Positions 54,525 to 62,568 of a DNA stretch of 62,999 nt are shown here, in pieces. The stretch comes from Myxococcota bacterium (lineage in GTDB: Bacteria; Myxococcota_A; UBA796; UBA2385): NCBI GenBank assembly GCA_964226865.1, contig CAXQUZ010000359.1:1-62999 (forward strand). Direction: 5' to 3'. The notes under the pieces were generated by a model. That model was not told the origin of the DNA. It made no database searches and saw nothing but the letters and a program-made list of their open reading frames with translations. Made by a program: the position numbers and the translations under genes. Within the stretch, counting starts at the first letter, position 1; each line of letters starts with the position of its first letter.

Positions 54525-55835
54525 ATGCGGTCCGTCGTCCCTCTTGTCCTGTCTGCGGTCGTGGCCGCGCTGCCGGCGGTGGCGCACGCGCGGCTGTCCT
54601 GTGAGACGCCCTGCGGCGTGGGCGGCATGGTGATCCAGCCGGGCAGCCACTACACGCTGCAGGTCGACTGCTCGACGGGGGGCTACTCGGCCGAGACCGG
54701 CAGCCTGCACCCGGCCACCCTGTCCCTGTCCACCCCCCAGTCCGTCATCTTCGGCGAGCTGGCCGACAGCACCAACTCCCAGCTGTCGTTCTTCGTGCAC
54801 GGCACGGGCGAACACTTCAGCACGAGCACCGGGGGCAGCCTCCCCCCCGACGCCACCGAGGCGGTGCCGGACGGGACCTGCCTCTTCGACCCGCCCGACA
54901 CGGCCGACGAGCCCGACAGCGTCGGCGTGGAGACCGAGTGGGCGGTGGTCGACGCCGCCGGCTCCACCTGGATCTGGCGCCACGAGGTGGTGACCTTCGG
55001 CAACACGGACGACAACGCGGGCATCCGGCTCACCCAGACCCTCACCACCGACGGAGCGGGCGGCAGCGGCAGCGTGGGGCTGCGCTGGCAGGTGGACCAC
55101 CGGGCGGCCGACGACGACGGCCCGGTGCTGGCGACCGTGACCTGTGACCCCTTCGGCCTGTCCGACAGCACCGCGGCGCAGACCAGCCTGGCGGCCACCG
55201 AGCTCGAAGACTTCGTCCAGCTCGTCAACAACACGGCCAGCCCCTTCGTCTCGACGCTGGTGTCGACCACGACGCTCGACGCCCTGCCGTCGACGGGCCG
55301 GCCCGACCTCGTCGCCTACGGCACCTGGTCGTGGCTCACCCTCGCCCCCTGGGGCGACCCTCCGGCAGGTCCCGCCAGCGGGCCCGACGCCGACTCGGCC
55401 GTCCTCTACACCTTCGGCGCCGACATCAGCAGCGCCACCACGCTGGCCGCCGGCGAGTCGGTCACCCGCAGCCTGCTGCTCTTTGCCGCCGAGAACGTCG
55501 ACAGCTGCGGGGACTTCATCGAAGACAGCTCCACGGAGCCCGGCGACTCCGGCGACCCGGGAGAGCCGACCGACACCGGGCCTGTCGACACCGGCGAGCC
55601 CACCGACACCGACGAGCCCACCGACGATCCCACCGACGATCCCACCGACACCGACGACCCCACCGACCCGGACGCCGCCGTCGACTCGGGGGCCGCCGCT
55701 GCGACCGCCGCCGGGGGCTACGGCGGGGGCTTCGCGAGCTGCGGGAGCACCTCCGGGGCCGTGCTGCTGGTCTTCGGTGTGCCGGTCCTCGCCGGTCTGC
55801 GCCGGCGCCGCCGGTCGGGAGGTGGGCCGTGCTGA
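54525..55835 (+). CDS. Secreted protein with acidic PTD-repeat linker and MYXO-CTERM-type C-terminal sorting signal
   Basis: ATG at 54525. The signal peptide is MRSVVPLVLSAVVAALPAVAHA. The C-terminus is GGFASCGSTSGAVLLVFGVPVLAGLRRRRR, i.e. Cys plus hydrophobic helix plus Arg cluster. Confidence 0.8.
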   Translation: MRSVVPLVLSAVVAALPAVAHARLSCETPCGVGGMVIQPGSHYTLQVDCSTGGYSAETGSLHPATLSLSTPQSVIFGELADSTNSQLSFFVHGTGEHFSTSTGGSLPPDATEAVPDGTCLFDPPDTADEPDSVGVETEWAVVDAAGSTWIWRHEVVTFGNTDDNAGIRLTQTLTTDGAGGSGSVGLRWQVDHRAADDDGPVLATVTCDPFGLSDSTAAQTSLAATELEDFVQLVNNTASPFVSTLVSTTTLDALPSTGRPDLVAYGTWSWLTLAPWGDPPAGPASGPDADSAVLYTFGADISSATTLAAGESVTRSLLLFAAENVDSCGDFIEDSSTEPGDSGDPGEPTDTGPVDTGEPTDTDEPTDDPTDDPTDTDDPTDPDAAVDSGAAAATAAGGYGGGFASCGSTSGAVLLVFGVPVLAGLRRRRRSGGGPC

Positions 55836-57649
55836 AGGCGCTCCTGCTGCTGCTTGCGCCCCCCGCCGCTGCCCAGGATGCCTTCGACGCCCACCAGCTC
55901 CACGCCACGGGCCTCAGCTCCGACCCCCGCTCGCCGCTGCGCCTGCTCGCACCGCCGTCGCCCGCTGCTCCCCACTGGAGCGCCAGCCTCGTGGGAGAGC
56001 TCGGCCGGGCCCCCCTCGTGGCCGTGGGCCCGGACGGCACGGTCACGTCCATCGTCGACCAGCTCGGGGTGGCGAACCTCGCCGGGAGCTGGCGCCCCAC
56101 GGACCGGCTCCGGCTCACGGCGGCCGTGCCGGTCTTTGCGGTGCTGCAGGCCCCCGGCGACACCACGGGGGCCGCGGTCGGAGACCTGCGCCTCGTGGGC
56201 TCGGCCACACTGATCGATGGGCCGGTGCGGCTCGGCCTGTCGCCGCTGCTCGACCTCCCCACGGGGGCCGAGGAGCGCTACGTCGGGCGCCCGGGCCTCG
56301 GGGGGGGGCTGCTGGCGACCGCCCAGGTGGAGCGGGCGCGGCTCACCGTCACCGGAGAGCTGGGGCCCGACCTGTCGGCGGCGCCCAACGACCTGGACCA
56401 CACCCGCGTGAACACTGGTCTTCACGTCGCCTACGGCCTGTCGGACGACCTGGCTCTCAACGCCGAGCTGCGGGCCCTGTGGTCGCTGCGGGGGGACGGC
56501 TGCGCCTGCACCCCCGCAGAGCTGTCGTCTTGGGCCCACCTCGGCAGCGAGCGCGGCCTCCACGCCCTCATCGGCGGCGCCGTCGCCCTGAACAGCCACC
56601 CCGGCACGAGCCTGTTCCGGGTCTTTCTGGGAGGTGGCTTCGGAGCGGTGCCCCCGGCCCCCCCCGAAGAGCTGCTGCTCGACGACCCCTACGCCGCGAC
56701 CGAGCTGCCGCCCGAGGACGAGGACGACGACCGCCTCGCCGCCTGGCTCGCGGCGGCGGCGGGAGGGGCGGCGGGGGCCCTGCCTGGGGGAGGCGGCATC
56801 CCCGGGGCGGCGCTGCCCGGCGGGGGGGCGCCCCTGGTGGTGCTGCCGGGGTGGCCCACGGGCGATGACCGGGAGGCCGCCAGCGACGACGACCCGCCCT
56901 GCGCCCGCGCCACCGTGGGCAAGCGCGCCCACCACCTGCCGTCGGTCTTCTTCGCGCCCAACCGTGCCGACCTCTCCGCCGACGGCGTCGCGGCGCTCCA
57001 GGCCGCAGCGGAGGCCCTCGCGCGCGACGACGGGGCCACGCTGCAGGTCGACATCCACAGCCACGACCGGGCGGGCGCATCCTTCACCGACCACATCGTC
57101 GAGCGGCGCCGTGTGCAGGTCTTCACCATGCTGCAGCACCTCGGCGTCGCCCCCGAGCGCGTCACGCTGGGAGCGCTGGGCGCGCCCGGCGACGAGCTGG
57201 CCGACCACCGCAAGGCACGGGCCGAGCTCACCATCCTGGGCGGCAAGGAGCCGCGCGTCTCGCTCCAGGAGGGGCTCCGCGAGGCGGCGGCCGCGGCGGT
57301 CTTGTCCGCTGCTGCCGATGCCTGTGTGGTGCCGCTGCTCACCCCCCACGCGGTGCGCTTCCGCGGCTCGGGGACGCGGTGGACCGTGGCCAGCGAGCCC
57401 GCGCTCGTGGAGGCGGCCACGGCGGGCCGCGGGGGCAAGGTGGTGGTGCTGGTGGCGCACCTGGGGCCCGGTGCCGTCTCCGAGGACGACCGCCACCTGG
57501 CGCGGCAGCGGGCGGCGGCGATCCGCACCGAGCTCGTGGAGCGCGGGGTGGACGAGCACCTGCTGCGCATCGAGGTCCAGGACACGGTCGATCCCAGCCG
57601 CGCGGGTGCCCCCCGCATCGAGCTGCACATCAGCGACCGGAGACCCTGA
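55829..57649 (+). CDS. Outer-membrane protein: N-terminal beta-barrel-like region plus two OmpA-C-like domains
   Basis: The GTG at 55829 overlaps the upstream gene end, with GGGAGG upstream. The signal peptide is LKALLLLLAPPAAAQD. The two OmpA-like blocks are FFAPNRADLSADGVAALQ...ERRRVQVFTMLQHLGV and RHLARQRAAAIRTELVERGV. Confidence 0.8.
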   Translation: MLKALLLLLAPPAAAQDAFDAHQLHATGLSSDPRSPLRLLAPPSPAAPHWSASLVGELGRAPLVAVGPDGTVTSIVDQLGVANLAGSWRPTDRLRLTAAVPVFAVLQAPGDTTGAAVGDLRLVGSATLIDGPVRLGLSPLLDLPTGAEERYVGRPGLGGGLLATAQVERARLTVTGELGPDLSAAPNDLDHTRVNTGLHVAYGLSDDLALNAELRALWSLRGDGCACTPAELSSWAHLGSERGLHALIGGAVALNSHPGTSLFRVFLGGGFGAVPPAPPEELLLDDPYAATELPPEDEDDDRLAAWLAAAAGGAAGALPGGGGIPGAALPGGGAPLVVLPGWPTGDDREAASDDDPPCARATVGKRAHHLPSVFFAPNRADLSADGVAALQAAAEALARDDGATLQVDIHSHDRAGASFTDHIVERRRVQVFTMLQHLGVAPERVTLGALGAPGDELADHRKARAELTILGGKEPRVSLQEGLREAAAAAVLSAAADACVVPLLTPHAVRFRGSGTRWTVASEPALVEAATAGRGGKVVVLVAHLGPGAVSEDDRHLARQRAAAIRTELVERGVDEHLLRIEVQDTVDPSRAGAPRIELHISDRRP

Positions 57650-57701
57650 GGCGCCCGGGGCGGGGGCCCGCAGGCGGAGCGGTGTCGCCCGCCCGGGGCC
57701 A

Positions 57702-57842
57702 CTCGTGCACGACCAGCTCGGTCATCCTCCCGAGCTCGGCATGCGCGAGGATGTGGCAGTGGGCCATCCACCGGCCGGGGTTGTCGAGCTCGGTGAGCGA
57801 CCCGTCCACCTGCAGGCGTGCATTCGGAGGGGCCTTGCGCCG
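57702..57842 (-). pseudogene. C-terminal remnant of a multicopper oxidase
   Basis: The minus strand reads ...LQVDGSLTELDNPGRWMAHCHILAHAELGRMTELVVHE, the HCHxxxHxxxGM copper-site motif that ends multicopper oxidases. The upstream part of ORF 57630..58598 is Arg/Gly-rich junk with no other copper motifs. Confidence 0.6.
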
Positions 57843-57983
57843 GAGGGGGCGGCGAGCGCGGGCGCCCCACCCGTGGCACCACCCCGCGCGTCGGCCCGGG
57901 GAAGGCGGCGGCCGTCGCCCCGGATCGTGGGTGTTGCCAACCCCCGACGGGGAACCGCGCACACCGCCCAGGAGGTTGGTCTG

Positions 57984-58937
57984 GTGACCCTGTTGGCTTC
58001 GCTGCTGCTCGGACGCGGCGACGCCGCGGCACAGAGCCCCAAGAGGGCGGAGGTCCCCTCGGTCGCGAGGTCGTGGCGCGGGAGGGCTTCCCGCCCACCC
58101 CGAGCCCGTCCGACCTCTACCGGCCCGGGGCCGTGCGCGTGCCCAGCAACCTCTGCCCCGGCGAAGGCCGGGGTCGAGAAGCGCCTGACCTTCATCGATC
58201 CCGAGCAGCGCAGCCTGGCCCTCGGCGACCTCACCCCCACCGATGACTGCCGCAGCACGCTCGAGACCGCTGGGCGCACTCGCGACCTCTCCGATGCCTT
58301 CGTGGTCCACGATGTGATCGTGGCCATCGTCCAGAACACTGTGTGCATCCGCGCGGACGCGTCGGGCGGGGGGGGCGCTCGGCCAGGCCGAGGCATCGTC
58401 CAGCTCGGAGTGCGTGCAGGAGAGCGATGCCCAGGGTCCCCTCGGCTTCAAGGGCGTGCCCCTCGAGAAGGTGGTCGCCGCGGCCCCCGCGCCCACCACC
58501 GTCGCCCTGCCCCTCGCCGCCACCACCCTGTCGGCCAGCTCCTGCCCCTGGGACGGCATCACCTCGGCCGCCGCCCAGAACCACACCCTTGTGCGCAACG
58601 GCCAGTCCTTCGACGTGGAGCGGGCCGACGCCGTGCTGTCGATGTCGAGCCAGCTCCGGGCCTGTGGCGAGGGCGAGGCGGCGCTGCACGTCGAGGACTG
58701 GCGGCGGCGGATGCACCAGAAGAAGGTGGCCGGCCTCGTGATCTTCTACGGCTGGCCCTTCCTGCCGAGTGTGTCGAAGAAGGCCGAGGCGGCGCGGGTC
58801 GAGATGCTGCGGGCCCTCGACTGGGCGCCGGGGGTCGCGTCGCCACCTCCCTGTGGCACGCCGTGGCGGCCGGCTCTCTTCCGCGGCGCGCCCGGGAACG
58901 GGCCTCCCGCGGCACCTGGTGGACGGGCCCGCGATAG
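57984..58937 (+). pseudogene. Hypothetical gene whose coding signal jumps between three frames (probable pseudogene or indel-containing sequence)
   Basis: AGGAGG sits 8 nt before the GTG at 57984. The high-GC3 frame switches near 58050-58062 and near 58165. It switches again exactly at a G8 run (58368-58375), after which ALGQAEASSSSECVQESDAQGPLGFKG...FYGWPFLPSVSKKAEAARVEMLRALDW continues in the +1 frame. The 3' end is uncertain. Confidence 0.45.
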
Positions 58938-58973
58938 GGTCCCCCCTCGTCTGGCCCCGCATCCGGAGCGCGC

Positions 58974-59891
58974 ATGGGCAGCCGCGTCGACTGGAGCGAC
59001 CTGCAGGTCGTGCTCGCCGTCCAGCGCCACGGGACCCTCCTCCACGCCGCGGCCGCCATCGGCGTCGCCCACACCACCATCGGGCGCCGCCTCAAGGCCA
59101 TGGAGCGCCAGCTCGGCGTCCGCCTCTTCGACCGCACCCCCCGCGGGCTCGTGCCGACCCCGGCAGGCGCCGACCTCGCGGCCACCGCCGAGCGGGTGGA
59201 GGGCGAGGTCTTGGCGGTCGAGGGGCGGGTGCTCGGCCGCGACGCACGGCCCACCGGTCCGCTGCGGGTGTCCACCGTCGACGTTCTCTTCCGGTGCTTC
59301 GCCGCTGACCTCCGGGCCTTCATCGAGCGCTTCCCCGGCATCGAGCTGGTGGTGGACGTCTCGCGAGAGACCGTCTCGCTGAGCCGGCGGGAGGCGGACG
59401 TCGTGCTGCGGGTGTCGACGGATCCCCCGGAGGCCCTGGTGGGACGCAAGGCCGCCGAGATGCAGTTCGGCGTCTACGCCGCGCGCCAGCTTGTGGAGCG
59501 GGTTGGCGAAGATGCCCCGCTGGCGGCCTTTCCCTGGATCGGCTGGGACCGTGGGCCCAACTGGCGCTGGTTTGCGCGCTGGCTGGCGGAGCATGCCCCG
59601 GGTGCCCACATCGCCATGCGCCTCGACGACCGGGGACTGCTCATGTCGCACGCGGTGCGCCAGGGCATCGGCGTCCAGCTGCTCCCCTGTGTTCTCGCCG
59701 ATGCCGATCCGGCGCTGCGCCGCATCGCGCCACTCGACCCCGCCTTTCGGGTCGGTGTGTGGGTGCTGACCACCGACGAGCTGCGCACCAACCACCGGGT
59801 GCGGGCGTTCATGGCGCACATGGGCGATGCCCTGGCGGCCGGCCGCAGCCGCCTGGCCGGCGAGGCTTCGGCACCCGGCGATGTGCAGTAG
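58974..59891 (+). CDS. LysR-family transcriptional regulator
   Basis: ATG at 58974 with GGAG upstream. The HTH is LQVVLAVQRHGTLLHAAAAIGVAHTTIGRRLKAMERQLGVRLFDR. A typical LysR substrate-binding half follows. Confidence 0.9.
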   Translation: MGSRVDWSDLQVVLAVQRHGTLLHAAAAIGVAHTTIGRRLKAMERQLGVRLFDRTPRGLVPTPAGADLAATAERVEGEVLAVEGRVLGRDARPTGPLRVSTVDVLFRCFAADLRAFIERFPGIELVVDVSRETVSLSRREADVVLRVSTDPPEALVGRKAAEMQFGVYAARQLVERVGEDAPLAAFPWIGWDRGPNWRWFARWLAEHAPGAHIAMRLDDRGLLMSHAVRQGIGVQLLPCVLADADPALRRIAPLDPAFRVGVWVLTTDELRTNHRVRAFMAHMGDALAAGRSRLAGEASAPGDVQ

Positions 59892-59992
59892 CGCACAACC
59901 GCACGCGCATCTTCGCCATGGTCTGTGCGCCCACGCAGTGTGACCCTCGCCGTGTGGCGCCGCGGGTGCGGTGCCCTGGACGCGGAGGTCCC

Positions 59993-60598
59993 ATGCGAGT
60001 CCTGGTGTTGGGTGCGAACGGTCGGCTGGGCCGGCGGGTGCTGGCGGCGCTCCACGAGGCGGGCCACGACGCCACCGCGGTGGTGCGGGGGGCGGACCGG
60101 GTGGTCGACGACGACACCGTGGTCGGAGACCCCTGCGACCCGGCCTTCCTGGCGTCGGTCCTGCCGGGCCACGACGCGGTCATCTCCACGCTCGGGCCGC
60201 GGCTGCCCACCCGCGGAGCGAGCGCGGTCTACCCCCGGTCGGGCGCAGCCCTTGCCCGTGCGCTGCCGGCGGCCGGTGTGCGGCGCGTGCTGGTGACCTC
60301 GTCGGGCCTGCTCTTCCCCCCCCAGACCTGGTGGTCGGGCCTCCTGGCACGGGCGCTGCCGGCCATCGTCTCCGGCTGCCGCGAGCTGGAGGCCCACCTC
60401 ACCGGTGCCGACGTCGACTGGACCATCGTGCGCACGGACTTCCTCACCGACGGCGACGAGCTCGACTGTCGGGTGGGCACCGGTGTCTTCCCTCGCGGGG
60501 GCGGGGCCGTGTCGCGGGCCGCGGTGGCACGGGTGCTGGTGGAGCACCTCGACGCACCGGGCGGGCAGCGGCTGGGCGTGTGTGGGCCGGCCGCGTGA
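59993..60598 (+). CDS. NAD(P)-binding NmrA/BVR-B-like short atypical SDR
   Basis: ATG at 59993 with GGAGG upstream. MRVLVLGANGRLGRRVL is a Rossmann motif. The gene forms a pair with the upstream LysR gene. Confidence 0.85.
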   Translation: MRVLVLGANGRLGRRVLAALHEAGHDATAVVRGADRVVDDDTVVGDPCDPAFLASVLPGHDAVISTLGPRLPTRGASAVYPRSGAALARALPAAGVRRVLVTSSGLLFPPQTWWSGLLARALPAIVSGCRELEAHLTGADVDWTIVRTDFLTDGDELDCRVGTGVFPRGGGAVSRAAVARVLVEHLDAPGGQRLGVCGPAA

Positions 60599-60723
60599 CC
60601 GAAGGCACCAGGGGCAGCCCACGGGGCCGCAGTCGCGGGCCGATCGCTCGGTAGCGGGAGTGGTTGAGGCGGGAACCGGAACACGATGGCAAGGCGACTC
60701 GTCCGCCCGAGTCGCGCAGCTTG

Positions 60724-61077
60724 TCAGCGCAACATTCGCGGCTCTGCTGCCCTTGGGCTTGGCCTCCTCCGACCGGATGGACCGGCCGGTGGTCCCCGGC
60801 TCTCCTCTGCGAAGAAGGCCGCGGCCGGTGTTGGCTTCTCCCGCTCGTCTCGGAGGGCCCGGTGCTCGCGACGGAGCCGCGCGAGCTCCCGCTCCATGGA
60901 CGGCGTTGTGGGGGCTTGGCCGGAATCCCCACGGGCGCCTCCATGCGCTCGGCGGCACCAGTCTCCGATGGTGGACGTGTTCACGCCCAGGTCCTTGCCG
61001 ACCTGCGCGGAGGTGAGCCCCTCCTCGCTCACGAGGCGCACCGCCTCCTGCTTGCACCCGAGGGTGTGCCGCCGTCT
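60724..61077 (-). mobile_element. IS3-family transposase OrfA remnant (no OrfB/DDE part present)
   Basis: The minus strand reads (stop)RRRHTLGCKQEAVRLVSEEGLTSAQVGKDLGVNTSTIGDWCRR...ERELARLRREHRALRDERE...AAAFFAEESR. This has the IS3 OrfA HTH, leucine zipper and AAAFFA(K/E)ES end. The N-terminus is cut by a stop, and only ~125 bp separate it from the next gene. Confidence 0.6.
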
Positions 61078-61278
61078 CTACCGGGCGCTGGGGGTCTCCT
61101 GGGACGCTTCCGACCCGGTGGTCTGCGATCTGGGGGCAGGGTCGGGTGTGTCGCCAGGAACCACCCGTGCTCCTGCGCACCGGAGCGTGGCTGCCCCCGT
61201 TCGTCGTGCCGCACCACGGCCCGTGTGGGAGAGGAGGTCGCAGGGGTCACGAGCTGCCGACCGGGTGGTGGCGCGGGC

Positions 61279-61540
61279 ATGGACCCAAAGCGGAGGTTTC
61301 CGGGTCGTCGGTGCTTGCTCCGCCCCCCCCAAGGGAGATGAGGCCCAGTCCGACCCGGCGCCCGAGAAGACCGAGACGCCGACTCCTCCCGGAGAGGCCG
61401 CCGAAGACGCGTCCGAGGAAGAGGCCAAGGAGGCCCCAGAGGCGAAGCCCAAGGGCGAGCCCATGGAGGCCCCCCGGCCGGAGGTCGAGGCGGACAGCCG
61501 GGCGGAGGCGGACACGAAGGCGTTGCGCAGCAGTTGGCTG
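61279..61540 (+). other. Short acidic Pro/Glu/Ala-rich coding segment separated from its ATG by a C8 homopolymer frameshift; 3' end lost at the low-GC boundary
   Basis: The ATG at 61279 gives MDPKRRFPGRRCLLRPP, and the frame then stops just after the C8 run (61323-61330). With one C fewer it would continue as KGDEAQSDPAPEKTETPTPPGEAAEDASEEEAKEAPEAKPKGEP..., which is the high-GC3 frame up to about 61530. Confidence 0.3.
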
Positions 61541-61542
61541 TG

Positions 61543-62568
61543 CTACTCCGAACACACAGAGGGACGTGCATGGGACACGTCATTGATCATGGACTCCAAA
61601 CGAGCTTCTTCGGACGAGGCATCACCGAGAACCACTCTGCCGACCGTCCACATGTCACGTTCATTGAGACGAGAGCGCTCGTCAAACAGCAGGGTGTCGT
61701 AGGAATAGGCTCTCACGCTGACCTCGTGAGGTATCGACCGGTCTTCGTCATCCCAGGCCAAGACCGAGCGCGCGAAAATCGCCGCATCCACGGTCATGTC
61801 CGACCCGCTTGGGGTGATGATCCAGGCCATCTGGGAGTCGTCCCAGTCCGGATGCCCGTCGTAGCGAATGTCGTCATTCTCGCTGTCTTTGTCCGGCCCC
61901 AAAACGTAGGCATTGCACCAGGTGGCGTCTCCGCTTGAGTACATCGCGGCCCCGTTGACCAGTCCGTGCAACTCAATATCGGATGCGGCGTCGGGCTCTA
62001 CCTGCAGTTCAAGGCGCAGTCGGTTGCCGTTCTTCCATGTCAGACCACAGCGCCAAGGCTCTGAGATGCCACCGTCGGTGGAGGTCAACGTCACTTCGGC
62101 GACGAAGTGCCCCACGTAGCGAGACTGAATCATGATGACTGCGTCGCCGTTGACCACGGGGCGCGCCGTCTCGTAGACCCTGAGGTGTGCTGGGAGCCAA
62201 GGAGTCGAGTGCTCAATGATCGTGATCGACGCGAGGACATCGCCGTCTCCGTCGTACACGACATCGTCCATCTCAACCTTAAACTTGTGCGGCAGTTCCT
62301 CAGTTGCCGGGCCGGCGGAGTCTACCGCCATGATCAACCCAGAAGCGGGGCAGTCCCGTGCGTATTCCAATTCGGGCGCCGGGGTCCATGTGCCGGAGTC
62401 GCCACCGTCGTTGCCCGTCCCTCCGCCATCTCCTGGGGAATCGCCTGAATCTGACGAATCGGGCCCGTCGTCTGGAATGTCCGAGTCACCATCTTCGGGA
62501 CCGAGTTTTCCGCTGGGGTCTGTAGAGCAGGCAATGAGGGCCCAAATCACCAATGAAAAATGCTGCAA
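61543..62568 (-). CDS. Lipoprotein, hypothetical, with atypical (low-GC) codon usage
   Basis: TTG start at 62568 with GAGG 5 nt upstream. The lipobox is SLVIWALIAC. An acidic DSGD-type linker is followed by a globular domain. Counted 60-nt samples give roughly 55-60% GC with many A/T-ending codons. Confidence 0.75.
   Translation of the reverse strand: MQHFSLVIWALIACSTDPSGKLGPEDGDSDIPDDGPDSSDSGDSPGDGGGTGNDGGDSGTWTPAPELEYARDCPASGLIMAVDSAGPATEELPHKFKVEMDDVVYDGDGDVLASITIIEHSTPWLPAHLRVYETARPVVNGDAVIMIQSRYVGHFVAEVTLTSTDGGISEPWRCGLTWKNGNRLRLELQVEPDAASDIELHGLVNGAAMYSSGDATWCNAYVLGPDKDSENDDIRYDGHPDWDDSQMAWIITPSGSDMTVDAAIFARSVLAWDDEDRSIPHEVSVRAYSYDTLLFDERSRLNERDMWTVGRVVLGDASSEEARLESMINDVSHARPSVCSE

Noticed and set aside
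57630-58598. The whole 322-aa minus-strand ORF as an intact gene.
   Set aside because: Only the last ~45 residues are protein-like (the multicopper-oxidase copper motif). The rest is Arg/Gly-rich and overlaps the better plus-strand coding signal.
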